Source: a virus. From it: a stretch of 64,000 nt of DNA. How positions within the stretch are numbered: position 1 is the first letter of the stretch; the number at the start of each line of letters is the position of its first letter. Shown piece after piece: positions 45,314-55,273 of this stretch. The position numbers and the translations under genes are program-made. The notes under the pieces are model-generated. The model did not search any database and was not told where the DNA came from. It saw only the letters and a list, made by a program, of their open reading frames with translations. The stretch lies in the IMG/VR virus record IMGVR_UViG_3300018080_000004. One strand, written 5' to 3'.

Positions 45314-48310
45314 ATGGCTCAAGGCGTCGCTGGAATCGACATCCGGGAAATCGACCTTTCCCTGTACGTCCCGACGGGCTCCAACGCAATCTTCGGCGTC
45401 GTGGGCCCGGCCTCCAAGGGACAGGTGGACATCCTCGAAACCTTCACGGACGAGGGCAACTTCGTGAACAACCGGGGACGCCCCGTGAACCGGCAGCACA
45501 GCGTCCGGGCGGGCATCCGATACCTGCGGAACGGGAACCAGCTCAAGCACGTCCGCATCGCGGGCACCCTCCTCGGCACGGCCGTGCTGACACTGCGGAA
45601 CGCCACGGCGGACAAGGACATCCTGACCTTCTCGGCCAAGTCGTCGGGGACCTGGGCGAACGGCAACGTCCAGATCGCCATCATCCACAACGGCTCGCCC
45701 GCCACGTCCTACGACGTGTACGTCTACTTCTACGGGGTCCGGGTGGACGGCGGCGCGTACGTGAACCTCACGAACTCCATCGTCGAGACCGTCATGGCGA
45801 ACGACCCCTACGTGGACGTGGCGCTCGACACGGGGGCCGGGACCGACTTCCCGGACGCCACGGTGGACTCGGTGACCGAGCAGATCGTCCCCGAAGCCCT
45901 GGCGGGCGGCGAGGACGGGGCTTTCGCCTCGACGCGCTCGGACGACTCCAGCACGGGCGGCATTGGCGAGCAGCTCGCCTACACGAACCAGCTCCTCTTC
46001 GCGGGGACGGCCGCCCTGGCCTACTCCGGTAGCGTGAGCATGCCGGTTTCGCCCGGCTCGTTCATCGTCACGTCCCCCGGCCCGGCGGTCTGGACCGACG
46101 ACGGGGAAGGCAATCTCGCCGAAGCGGGGGGCCCCAACGCGGGCTTCGTGGACTACGCCACCGGCGACTACATACTCTTCTTCACGGCCGTACCCGTGGG
46201 GAACGTGACCGCCTCGTGGCTCCGGGGCTGGAGCGAGACGGCCGGGACCATCGTGGCCGCCACGCTGGCCTACAGCGGCACCGCCTCGCGGCCGGGCGTC
46301 TATCCTGGTGCGGCCCTGGGTGCGAACAAGGTCCTCATGACCCACGTCCTCGCCACGGCGGCGGCGGGAGTGGGCGGCGGCGCGGCCGTCGTGCTCTTTC
46401 CGGCCCTTTTCGGCGGAAAGACCTTCGTGTCCAGCGACATCGAAATCCAGGCCACCATCGCGGCCACCCTCATCACCTTCACCTGGGACGGCACGCTGAC
46501 CTCGGCGGGGCTCATGAACCTCGCGGGCGACAGCGGCGGCCACACGGCGGCGGTGGACCCGGCCACCGGCGACACGACGTTCTCGACCGGACCGGACAAC
46601 GCCACGAACATCGACATCGAGGCCCGCTACCCGGCCTGGGACGACGGCACGGGCACCCTCACGGGCTACAACGTGGCCTCCGGCTCCGTGGATTACCAGA
46701 CGGGGGCCTGGAGCCTCACATTCACCGCACAGCCCACCGTGGGCACCACCATCGGCCTCTACTACGAGCACTGCACGGTGCTCGGAACGGGGACGGGCGG
46801 CATCACCGACTTCTCCGGAACCCTGGACGAGTACCCCGTCCGGCCGGGGACCGTCTACATCACCGACGGGACGGAGAACTTCACGGACAACGGGGACGGG
46901 ACGCTCACGGGGAGCTTGGGGGGCTCCGGGACGGTGGACTACTGGACCGGCGCCGTGGCGGTTTCCTTCAACGCCGCCCCGGCCCTGGGGGCCGAGGTGG
47001 TCGTCGAAAGCGCCCGCGTCCTGGCCCACGTGACCTCGGTCCTGCCGGGCCCCATCGGGAACGAGCGCACCATCACGGGGGGCGTCCTCACGGACGGCCT
47101 CTACTGCATCCTGGACGCCGGGTCGGTTTCCGGCCTCCGGTTCCGGGTCATGTTCAACGGGACGGCCGTCGAGACCTACGACAACGTGGCCGACCTCGCC
47201 ACCCTCATCACCACGGTGAACGGGGTTTCCGAGTACGTGAACCTGGAGAGCGTGGTCACGACCTCCGCGCCGGACGTAACGGCGGCCCAGAATATCGGCA
47301 TGGCCGGGGCGTTCACGAACGCGGACGTGGTGGGGGCCAAGGTGGGCGCGACCTACACCGGCCTCCAGTGCTTCTCCAACCCCGACCTCGTTCCCTGCCA
47401 CTTCATCACCACGCCGGGCATCTTCCACCGGCAGGTCCAGAACGCGGGCATCGCCCTGTGCGAAACCCCCGGCCGCCGGTGCATCTGGGTCCACAGCATG
47501 CCCGACTTCACTCCTCCGGACCAGATGACGGAGGCCCTCCCCGGCGTGAACTCGGCCGATCCCGTCCAGGACATGGCGGACTTCCACAACGGGAACTACA
47601 CGGCCTCGGCCAAGGTCCCCTACCCCCCGCTCGCGGCCTGGAACACGTCCTTCTCGGCCGTCTTCGGAACCTGGGTGAACTACTACGACCAGTACACCGA
47701 CAGCGACGTGTGGGAGCCGCCCGAAGGGGACATCGGCGCCCTGGCAGCCTACACGGATAACAACGCTTATCCGTGGTATCCCATCGCGGGCGAGAAGCGC
47801 GGCGGCATCCGGGACATCAACACCATCCGGTACAGCCCGGACAAGAACGAGCGCCGGATTCTGTGCCCCACCACCTCTACGAGCACCCCGAACTGCATCA
47901 ATCCTCTGGTGCGGTTCGAGGGCCGGGGCATCTTCCTCTACGGGCAGCGGACGACCCAGCGCAACCCCACCGCCCTCGACCGGATCAATGTCCGGTGGAT
48001 GCTCAACGTCGTGGAGAACCAGATCGACGTGGTGTCCAGGACCTTCCCCTTCGAGATCAATGACGACGTGCTCTGGGGGCAGATCGAGGACACCGTGAAG
48101 AGCATCGTGGACCCCGTGGCCGAGCTTCGCGGGATGACGGGGGTCCGGGTGGTCTGCGACGAGACCACGAACACCCCGGACGTGATTTCGGGATACCGGG
48201 CCATCTGCAAGGTGTTCATCCAGCCCGCCCTCGCCATGGAGGAGCTGGAGTACCAGATGGTCCTCACCCCGCAAGGAGTGGACTTCGACGCGGTGGCCCC
48301 CGTCGGCTAA
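45314..48310 (+). CDS. Contractile tail sheath protein with a large repeated insertion
   Basis: GIDIREIDLS N-terminus. C-terminal W.PPEG, PW.PIAGEKRG, INPLV, YGQRT, ALDRINVR, FEINDD, FIQP. Start at ATG 45314. Confidence 0.93.
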   Translation: MAQGVAGIDIREIDLSLYVPTGSNAIFGVVGPASKGQVDILETFTDEGNFVNNRGRPVNRQHSVRAGIRYLRNGNQLKHVRIAGTLLGTAVLTLRNATADKDILTFSAKSSGTWANGNVQIAIIHNGSPATSYDVYVYFYGVRVDGGAYVNLTNSIVETVMANDPYVDVALDTGAGTDFPDATVDSVTEQIVPEALAGGEDGAFASTRSDDSSTGGIGEQLAYTNQLLFAGTAALAYSGSVSMPVSPGSFIVTSPGPAVWTDDGEGNLAEAGGPNAGFVDYATGDYILFFTAVPVGNVTASWLRGWSETAGTIVAATLAYSGTASRPGVYPGAALGANKVLMTHVLATAAAGVGGGAAVVLFPALFGGKTFVSSDIEIQATIAATLITFTWDGTLTSAGLMNLAGDSGGHTAAVDPATGDTTFSTGPDNATNIDIEARYPAWDDGTGTLTGYNVASGSVDYQTGAWSLTFTAQPTVGTTIGLYYEHCTVLGTGTGGITDFSGTLDEYPVRPGTVYITDGTENFTDNGDGTLTGSLGGSGTVDYWTGAVAVSFNAAPALGAEVVVESARVLAHVTSVLPGPIGNERTITGGVLTDGLYCILDAGSVSGLRFRVMFNGTAVETYDNVADLATLITTVNGVSEYVNLESVVTTSAPDVTAAQNIGMAGAFTNADVVGAKVGATYTGLQCFSNPDLVPCHFITTPGIFHRQVQNAGIALCETPGRRCIWVHSMPDFTPPDQMTEALPGVNSADPVQDMADFHNGNYTASAKVPYPPLAAWNTSFSAVFGTWVNYYDQYTDSDVWEPPEGDIGALAAYTDNNAYPWYPIAGEKRGGIRDINTIRYSPDKNERRILCPTTSTSTPNCINPLVRFEGRGIFLYGQRTTQRNPTALDRINVRWMLNVVENQIDVVSRTFPFEINDDVLWGQIEDTVKSIVDPVAELRGMTGVRVVCDETTNTPDVISGYRAICKVFIQPALAMEELEYQMVLTPQGVDFDAVAPVG

Positions 48311-48350
48311 GCCGGGGACGAACTGAGACCGAATTGATAGGAGAAACGCC

Positions 48351-48890
48351 ATGGCTCTCGCCTACCGCTACGCCGCCGGACACCTGCGCCACGCTCAGGG
48401 CCGGTGGAACGAGCAGAAAAGCAACATGGGGATGCTGGAGTTCCACGTGGACCGCCTCGGCATCCCCGGCGGCCAGGAAATCCTCTCGCTTTCCTTCTCG
48501 GAAGCGACGATCCCCGGCCGCAAGATCACCAGGGGGCAGATCGAGTACCTCAACGGGACGGTCTTCTTCCCCCAGAGGCCGGAGCCGCTGGGCGAGCTCT
48601 CGGCCGTCTTCCGCGACTACATCGACTCGAACACGCGCCTGACCATCGAGCGGTGGTTCGACAAGGTGTACGACGAGGACACGGGCCTCATGACCGTTAC
48701 CAACCGCCTCAAGGTTACGGGGCGGCTCGTCCTCTTCGGGTCGGACGGGATCACTGGGGTCCGGCGCTACCGGCTCTTCGGGGTCTTCCCCATGGGCGAG
48801 CCGGACATCCGGGTGGACCACAAGTCCGGGGAGCAGATTCTCATGGAGATGAGCTTCTCGGTGGACCTCATCCAGGGACTCCAGAAGTAG
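48351..48890 (+). CDS. Tail tube protein (T4 gp19-like)
   Basis: Follows the sheath. ATIPGRKI...IEYLNG...LSAVFRD...RW.DKVYD...LFGVFP...FSVD. Confidence 0.85.
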   Translation: MALAYRYAAGHLRHAQGRWNEQKSNMGMLEFHVDRLGIPGGQEILSLSFSEATIPGRKITRGQIEYLNGTVFFPQRPEPLGELSAVFRDYIDSNTRLTIERWFDKVYDEDTGLMTVTNRLKVTGRLVLFGSDGITGVRRYRLFGVFPMGEPDIRVDHKSGEQILMEMSFSVDLIQGLQK

Positions 48891-48899
48891 GAAGGTGGA

Positions 48900-48921
48900 A
48901 GGGGGCCTCCGGGGGCCCCCT
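48900..48921 (+). terminator. GC-rich hairpin after the tube gene (no U-tract)
   Basis: AGGGGGCC-TCCGGG-GGCCCCCT. Confidence 0.45.
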
Positions 48922-48964
48922 CTGCCCTCACATGGCAGGATTTTGACATGAAAGGGGCGTTACA

Positions 48965-49852
48965 ATGGCAGACGACGTTCGGAACGAGGACGCAGCGGGG
49001 ACGGGACACCCGGCTGCGGCCACCGAAACCCCCAGACCGACGGAGGAGAAGGCGGTAGCGGAACCCAAGGGGATCAGTCTTCCCTACACGCTGCCCTCGC
49101 GGGGCGTTCTCTACGGGGGCAAGTGCCCCGGTGGCAAGGTCATCATCTACCCCATCCGGGGGGAGCAGGAAGAGCTCCTCGCCGGGGCTGGCGAGGGCGT
49201 CGAGGCCACCCCGGTCTTCCGATACGTGGTCGCCCAGCTCGTGGACCTCAAGGGACTCCCCTACGAGGACCTCCTCTTGAGCGACTGGGTGGCCCTCCTC
49301 ATGAACCTGCTCGCTTTCTCCTACGATCCCATCATGCGGTTCCGGCCCAGGTGCCCGCACTGCCACAAGTTCTTCCCCAAGATGGTGAACATCGAGGAGA
49401 TGGAGTGCAAGACCATCGAAGACAGTGAGGCGCACAAGTGGCGAGAGCCCTTCGAGGCGCCCCCGCTGCCTCTGAGCAAGGCCAAGGTGTCGTGGAAGCT
49501 CCTCCGGCTTCGGGACATGATCTCGGCCGAGGACTGGGCGCGGCAGCAAGAGAGCATCCAGACCCATCCGGGGAGCCCTCTCCACACGTACACCCTCGCC
49601 AAGCACATTGTGTCGGTGGGGGGCAAGGCCATGAAGATACTCGACGCCATCGACTGGGTGCGCGAGGCCGTCGCCCGCGACCTCCGGGCCCTCTCGGAGG
49701 CGTTCCGGAGGCGCGAAACGGGCTACGACCTGACCCCGCGCTTCGATTGCCCGCACTGCGGGGGCTATTTCCGCACGAGGCTCCCGCTGGACGGCAGCTT
49801 TTTTCGTGCGGCAAGTTCCGGACCTGGAGATTCTCCGCCGCCAGAGGTTTGA
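48965..49852 (+). CDS. Tail/baseplate hub assembly chaperone (gp26-like)
   Basis: YTLPSRGVLY...IYPIRGEQEELL, two CxxC motifs (CPHC), ends LDGSFF plus a short tail. Confidence 0.78.
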   Translation: MADDVRNEDAAGTGHPAAATETPRPTEEKAVAEPKGISLPYTLPSRGVLYGGKCPGGKVIIYPIRGEQEELLAGAGEGVEATPVFRYVVAQLVDLKGLPYEDLLLSDWVALLMNLLAFSYDPIMRFRPRCPHCHKFFPKMVNIEEMECKTIEDSEAHKWREPFEAPPLPLSKAKVSWKLLRLRDMISAEDWARQQESIQTHPGSPLHTYTLAKHIVSVGGKAMKILDAIDWVREAVARDLRALSEAFRRRETGYDLTPRFDCPHCGGYFRTRLPLDGSFFRAASSGPGDSPPPEV

Positions 49853-50009
49853 CATCATGGTGCACGGGCGCCAGCCCTACGAGGCGTGGGCCTCGATGAC
49901 CTCGTGGCAGCGGGAGGACTTCGTGAAGCGCCTCGCGGACAAGTTCCGGGAGGACAAAGCACAGCACGACAAGGCTCTCAGGGAGGCGCGGAGTGGCCGA
50001 CGCCGTTGA
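49806..50009 (+). CDS. Small chaperone partner (gp51-like or frameshift extension)
   Basis: YEAWASMTSWQREDFVKRL. Overlaps the end of the chaperone and the start of the tape measure. Confidence 0.65.
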   Translation: MRQVPDLEILRRQRFDIMVHGRQPYEAWASMTSWQREDFVKRLADKFREDKAQHDKALREARSGRRR

Positions 50010-52212
50010 AAATCTCGGTTTCGTCTTCTCGGCGACGGACCTCGCCAGTGGCGTGGTCACCAAAGCCGAGGAGAACGTCGAAGCCGCCACCAAAGCGGCC
50101 GAGGTTCACGTCGAGGACCTCGCCGAGAGTGCCGAAAAGGCCACCCAGAGCATGGGGACCGCCACGGATACTGTCGCTACGACCATCGAGGCCGGGTTCA
50201 ATCAGACGAACATGATCCTTCGGTCCCTGACCATGGCCCTGACCTCCTCCGTTACCGAGGTCAAAAAGGTGGCGCGAGACGCGGCGGGCGCCATGGGGGA
50301 GTTCGACACGGAGACAATGCGGGCGAGCAAGTCGGCCCGCAGAATGAAGAAGGAATCCGAGGGCCTCTTCGGGCAGCTCAACTTCGTTCGAGGGGCCCTC
50401 GGCCAGATCATCAAGATCGGAGGAGTCGGCGCCATCTTCGGGGCCGGGATGGAGGCGGGGAAGCGCACCCTGGGCTTTGTCTGGGACACGCTCAAGGACA
50501 CCATCGGCCCCGGAATCGAGGTCCTCCAGAACGCTTTCAAGACCACCCTGGCGCCGCTGACCGAGGAGTTCTACAAGCTCTCCGTGAAGCTCGCGCCGAT
50601 GCTCTCCGAAGCCCTGACCCCCATCGTGGACATCGTGACGAACCTGATTCCCCTCGTGGGGGACTTCGTGTCCGGCCTGAGCGAGGGGGGAGGGGTGATC
50701 TCGACCGTCTTCGGGGCCATCAAGAAGCTCTGGGACGGTCTCAAGGAGCCTCTGGGCCGCATCATTTCCTCCCTCACGGACCTCGCCGAGAAGGTCCTAC
50801 CGATCATCCTCCGGGTCGTGAACATGATCCTCGAAACGGCCATCATTCCCATTCTCACCAAGGCCGTGGACATCATCTCGAAGCTCGTCGAGAAGCTCGT
50901 CCCGATCATGGTGGCCGGATTCGAGCGCCTGGAGCCCCTCCTGGGGGTGATAATCGGGGCGATTTTCAGGGTAGCGGACACCTTCCTGGACACTCTCGAA
51001 CCGGCGATCATGCCGATCATCGACCTCTTCGCCAAGATGGCCGAGGATCAGGCGCCGCTCATTCAGGAGCTCGTGGAGATTTTCGTCGAGCTCGTGGACG
51101 CGCTGCTCCCCATCGTGCCCCCTCTCGTGAAGATCGTGGGGCTGCTCCTCAAGATGTCCATCGAGACCCAGGCGAAGTACATGATGTGGATGGTCAAGGC
51201 ATGGCTCCAGATCGCCAAAGTCCTCATGGTGGTGATCGACCCCCTGGCGAAGGTGGTGGGGTGGCTCGCGGAGATACTCGCTATCGGCCTGGAAGAGTGG
51301 ATGACCATCATCAAGGACGCCTGGGCCGGGCTCGCTGACATCCTGGAGCGGGCGTGGGGCATCCTGAAAGGGGTGGTGAAGGCCATCTGGGACTTCATCG
51401 GACCGCCGATCATCCGAGCTTTCACGATTTACATCAATATCTGGAAGATGATTTACAAGATCGTGAAGGCGCTCGTCGTCCCGATCTTCGAGAAGGTCGT
51501 GGGGATCGTGAAAAACATGCTCTCCTTCTGGAAGGAAGTGGGCAAGGTGGTCGTGGGCGTGTGGAAAAGCGTGAAGGATGCGGCCTGGAACGCCATCACC
51601 TGGGCCTGGACGACGCTCGAATCGGGCTTCAAGAAGGTCAAAGACTTCTTTTTCGGGGTCGTGGACACCATAAAAACGTCTTTCGTCAAGGCCATGGACT
51701 GGATCAAAGAGAAGATAATGAGCCTCCTGGAGCTTGTGGGGCTCAAATCGGTCGGAAAAATGGCCGGGAAATTCATCGACACGATAAAGGGGCTCGTAAC
51801 GGCCCCTGTGGAGACCATAAAAGACCTCATCAATAGCACGATTATCGACACAATCAATAGCCTCCTCCGGTGGAAGGTGCCGGTGATCGGTGGGACGCTG
51901 GGAGGAAACCTCGGCCTGGGCTCTCTAAGCTACCTCCAAGAGGGCGGTATCGTGACGGAGCCGACGGCGACGACCCTCGTGGAGCGCGGGATTCCCGAAA
52001 TGGTGCTCCCGCTGGAGAAGACCTACATCCAGAGGTTCATGGCGAGCGTTCTACCCCTCATGGCGCCCGTGGAAATGGGCCCCATGAAGGTTGAAACGGA
52101 CCTGGAGCTGAAAGACCTCCTCAAGCAGGCGGTCGGGCAGCTCGGAAAGATCGTGAATCTGCTCTCGCGGGACGAGCGGGTGCGCCCGCCCGCCCTCGAA
52201 GGAGGGTTCTAA
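49993..52212 (+). CDS. Tape measure protein
   Basis: LGFVFSATDLAS N-terminus, helical Trp/Phe-periodic repeats, C-terminal QEGGIVTEPT...PEMVLPL. Confidence 0.9.
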   Translation: MADAVENLGFVFSATDLASGVVTKAEENVEAATKAAEVHVEDLAESAEKATQSMGTATDTVATTIEAGFNQTNMILRSLTMALTSSVTEVKKVARDAAGAMGEFDTETMRASKSARRMKKESEGLFGQLNFVRGALGQIIKIGGVGAIFGAGMEAGKRTLGFVWDTLKDTIGPGIEVLQNAFKTTLAPLTEEFYKLSVKLAPMLSEALTPIVDIVTNLIPLVGDFVSGLSEGGGVISTVFGAIKKLWDGLKEPLGRIISSLTDLAEKVLPIILRVVNMILETAIIPILTKAVDIISKLVEKLVPIMVAGFERLEPLLGVIIGAIFRVADTFLDTLEPAIMPIIDLFAKMAEDQAPLIQELVEIFVELVDALLPIVPPLVKIVGLLLKMSIETQAKYMMWMVKAWLQIAKVLMVVIDPLAKVVGWLAEILAIGLEEWMTIIKDAWAGLADILERAWGILKGVVKAIWDFIGPPIIRAFTIYINIWKMIYKIVKALVVPIFEKVVGIVKNMLSFWKEVGKVVVGVWKSVKDAAWNAITWAWTTLESGFKKVKDFFFGVVDTIKTSFVKAMDWIKEKIMSLLELVGLKSVGKMAGKFIDTIKGLVTAPVETIKDLINSTIIDTINSLLRWKVPVIGGTLGGNLGLGSLSYLQEGGIVTEPTATTLVERGIPEMVLPLEKTYIQRFMASVLPLMAPVEMGPMKVETDLELKDLLKQAVGQLGKIVNLLSRDERVRPPALEGGF

Positions 52213-52838
52213 TGCCTGTGGGGCCTCCAGTCATGTGCTCTCTGGTCCTCGAAAAGGACCCGAATCAGCGTCTCAACTTCGAGAGCTTCCCCACGGACGA
52301 GGGAATCCCGGAGCAGTATCAGAGCAACTGGCAGCCGGTGATCGACGCGGGCGCTTCGGAGCCCCTCTCGTGGAAGTGGACCGGCGGAGGGTGGGCAAAC
52401 TGGACCCTCACGCTCAAGTTCCAGGCCGGAGTAGGCTCCCAAGCGCAGGAATCGGCGTCCGATGACACCGTTCTCCAGCAAATGGAGAGGAAATTGAGGT
52501 GGCTCCAGGCCCTCGGAGCGCCGCGAGGCCGGAAAAGGTCGCCGGACAAGCTCCGGACGAACGCCCGACCCGGCGATCCGCCCTTCGTTCTCGTCGTTTT
52601 CGGGTCTTTCATGACCCTCCGGTGCGTCTGCCTCGGCACGAACGTCCGCTGGACGGGTCCTTTCGACCCCAGGACCGTCCGTCCGCACGGCGCAAAGGCC
52701 GAAATCACGCTCCAGCGCGTTTCCGGCTTCTATCCGGACTGGTTCACCATCGCCGAGGGCAAGACGACGCTCACGGGGCCGAGCAATCCCATCTATCAGG
52801 CACCCCCGCAGACGGGGGTGGTAGCTATTCCGGGGTAG
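52212..52838 (+). CDS. Tube initiator/CIS-tube-like baseplate protein
   Basis: Follows the tape measure. Contains NWQ..., LTLKF, PPFVLVVFG, AEITL. Confidence 0.7.
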   Translation: MPVGPPVMCSLVLEKDPNQRLNFESFPTDEGIPEQYQSNWQPVIDAGASEPLSWKWTGGGWANWTLTLKFQAGVGSQAQESASDDTVLQQMERKLRWLQALGAPRGRKRSPDKLRTNARPGDPPFVLVVFGSFMTLRCVCLGTNVRWTGPFDPRTVRPHGAKAEITLQRVSGFYPDWFTIAEGKTTLTGPSNPIYQAPPQTGVVAIPG

Positions 52839-52842
52839 AAAC

Positions 52843-53193
52843 ATGGCGGACAAGGAGAAATTCGAGCTGGAATTGCCCTTCACGTCGCCGTTCAAGGAGA
52901 CGCCCCTCTTCCTGGACAAGGGAAAGGCGTTTTTCGGCATCTGGAGGCCCCCGGAGATACAGATTGACGGCGACGAGGACCGTGTGATCGTGGACGAGGC
53001 CCACGCGGGCGACCTCACGGGCTACGCCTACGAGTATTACGGGGACAAGAACCTCTTCTGGGTCATCGGGCACGTGAACAAGATCAATTATCCCCCCAGG
53101 GACGTGGTGCGGGGGCTCACAATCATCATTCCGAAGGAAGAGCACGTGATGGCGGCTCTCCAGGCGGCCCAGGAACGGAAGCAAAACATTTAG
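52843..53193 (+). CDS. Baseplate LysM/gp53-like protein
   Basis: GDLTGYAYEYYGDKNLFWVIGHVNKI...GLTIIIP. Confidence 0.8.
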   Translation: MADKEKFELELPFTSPFKETPLFLDKGKAFFGIWRPPEIQIDGDEDRVIVDEAHAGDLTGYAYEYYGDKNLFWVIGHVNKINYPPRDVVRGLTIIIPKEEHVMAALQAAQERKQNI

Positions 53194-54408
53194 ATGTTCA
53201 GCAAGCAGATAAAAATCGAGATTCTGGACCCCACGACGGGCGCGAAAGACGCTACGCCGCTCGTGGAGAGCTTTTCCATCCTCCACAGCGCCCTCAAGCA
53301 CGGGCGCCGCTGGGAAATTGTCTTCGCGGACTCGGACTGGGCCTTCTGGGAGCCCTACGTCTCCGGTACGACGCCCCTCAAGGTGCGCCTGACCTTCTCG
53401 AAGTCCAACACCCAGGAGACCACGGGGTGGCTCGACCTCCACGTGGACGCTTCCGAGTCCGATTTCAGTCGCCAGTACCTCCACGGGACCCTTCGAGGCG
53501 CCGACGCCCTCCTCCAGACGGCCATAAAGGCCGAGATCGGGGCCTACCCTCTCGCCACGGTGGATTCTGTGGTGCGCCTCCTGGGGGCCCGCTACGGCTT
53601 CGTGGTGGACACGGTGAAGATGGACGGCCAGAGGACGTGGTATCAGCTCGAAGACAGCGACTTTGACTTTCTCAAGTACCTCCTCGACTGGGCCGCTACT
53701 CCGGCCGGGCGCGGGGACGTGTGGTTTTGGTTTGACAACGGCACCCTCCACTTCCGCCCCTTCGACTTCAAGCAGCCCTCGACGGACAAGTACCTCCTGG
53801 GCGGCGTGGACGACCGGGCGGCACACTCGCCCGTGAGCTTCTACGGGGGCGAAGTGGACCGGGGTGGGGGGCGCCGGTACGGGGTCTATTCCTTCGACGT
53901 TACGAAGAAGACGGGATTCTACTTCGAGGCCGGGCTTACCTCGGCAGGGGGCCCTGCCCTCTCAACTTACGTTCCGCGCCTCCCTTCCGGCGGCCTGTGC
54001 AGCGAGAACGTGGCCGGGGCCGACCTCGCCCTCGTGCGGGCAGCCGCCAGGGCGCGGTGGGCCAAGCTGGGGATGCGCTACTACGGGATCACCCTCCAGA
54101 CGAAGGGAGACCTCCGGGTCTCCGTGGGGGACATGATCGAGGTGGACTTCCTCAAGGAAGTCCCGGCGAAGGGGGCGTTCATCCGAGGGCGTTACCCCGT
54201 CTTCGAGGTCGAGCACAAGTACGCCAAAGGAGGCAAGTTCACGACGAATATCACCGGCTACCGCCGCGAGGCGGAGGCCGGAGAGCAGGCGGCCGGAGGG
54301 GCGAACGTGTCCTCCTCGCGGGGGCAGGACGCCTATCTCCTGTCGCTGACAACGGGAGCTCAGGGGCTCGGACAGACTATAAAGGTATCGGCGAGGGCGC
54401 TGGGATGA
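53194..54408 (+). CDS. Baseplate hub protein (gp27/late control D-like)
   Basis: Gene position. WYQLEDSDFDFL, FWFDNGTLHFRP, GDLRVSVGD, GRYPVFEVEH. Confidence 0.8.
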   Translation: MFSKQIKIEILDPTTGAKDATPLVESFSILHSALKHGRRWEIVFADSDWAFWEPYVSGTTPLKVRLTFSKSNTQETTGWLDLHVDASESDFSRQYLHGTLRGADALLQTAIKAEIGAYPLATVDSVVRLLGARYGFVVDTVKMDGQRTWYQLEDSDFDFLKYLLDWAATPAGRGDVWFWFDNGTLHFRPFDFKQPSTDKYLLGGVDDRAAHSPVSFYGGEVDRGGGRRYGVYSFDVTKKTGFYFEAGLTSAGGPALSTYVPRLPSGGLCSENVAGADLALVRAAARARWAKLGMRYYGITLQTKGDLRVSVGDMIEVDFLKEVPAKGAFIRGRYPVFEVEHKYAKGGKFTTNITGYRREAEAGEQAAGGANVSSSRGQDAYLLSLTTGAQGLGQTIKVSARALG

Positions 54409-55043
54409 AAGAACGGCACGGCCTGTGGCCTGGGCAGGTAGTGGACACGAAGGACCCGCTGGGGCTCCGGCGGGTCAAGGTCCGCGTCCCCGCCATCCAC
54501 GGGACCGTAACGGACCAGGACATCAAGGACACGGACCTCCCCTGGGCGCTCCCGTGCTTCCCATTCGGGGGGCCGACGTACGGCGACGACTTCGTGCCCG
54601 GAGTGGGGGCCCAGGTCTGGATTCTGTTCCAGCAAGGCGACCCCCACGTGCCGGTCTGGGTCGGGGTTCCCTACGGGACCGGCGAGGGCCCGAACCCGGA
54701 GATGTCCTCGACCGGCCCAGCAAACAGCGAGCCGAAAGGAAATTATCGGAAGACGGCCGGGGGGTGGCTCATCGGGTTCGATGAGAAGAGCCCGAACAGC
54801 AAATTCGAGATCAAAGCCCCGGCCGACGCCATGGTCTTCACCATGGACACCACGCAGAACGAGATGTCCCTCCTCGACAGTCGGGGCGTGGGCATCAAGA
54901 TCAGTCTGACAACCGGGAAGGTCCAGCTCATCGGGTTCCCTGGGGTGCTCATCCCGGCGGGGATCGTGACAAAGAACCACGTGTGCGCGTACACGGGATC
55001 GCCCCACCCCCAAGGGTCCCTCGAAATCGAAGCGAGCGGATGA
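54405..55043 (+). CDS. Central spike (gp5/gpV OB-fold)
   Basis: GQVVDTKDPLGLRRVKVRVP...LPWALP...VPGVGAQVWILFQQGDPHVPVWVG. C-terminal HVCAYTGSPH. Confidence 0.88.
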   Translation: MKERHGLWPGQVVDTKDPLGLRRVKVRVPAIHGTVTDQDIKDTDLPWALPCFPFGGPTYGDDFVPGVGAQVWILFQQGDPHVPVWVGVPYGTGEGPNPEMSSTGPANSEPKGNYRKTAGGWLIGFDEKSPNSKFEIKAPADAMVFTMDTTQNEMSLLDSRGVGIKISLTTGKVQLIGFPGVLIPAGIVTKNHVCAYTGSPHPQGSLEIEASG

Positions 55044-55270
55044 TAGCGATCAAGGAGGGCGAACCCTTCAAGGCCAGAGGGGTCTGGCGCGGCACGAAGC
55101 GGAGGGACGGCAGGCGGTCGGCCCTCGTGTCGTGCCCGGAGTGTGGACAAACGTGCTCACTCTCCCAGCACAAGATAGAGAAGAACGGAGAAGTACGGCC
55201 CAGCGTCGTGTGCCCTGTCGAGGGGTGCACTTTTCACGCCTGGGTGAGGCTGGAAGGATGGAAGCCATAA
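55040..55270 (+). CDS. Small Zn-ribbon protein
   Basis: CPECG...PSVVCPVEGCTFHAWV. ATGA-coupled to the spike gene. Confidence 0.65.
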   Translation: MIAIKEGEPFKARGVWRGTKRRDGRRSALVSCPECGQTCSLSQHKIEKNGEVRPSVVCPVEGCTFHAWVRLEGWKP

Positions 55271-55273
55271 GGC

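Noticed and set aside
50170-50180. Half copy ACTGTCGCTAC of the palindrome in the tape measure gene, and a 13/18 match near 15569
   Set aside because: The second arm is missing or degenerate and both lie in coding sequence, so they are probably chance matches.
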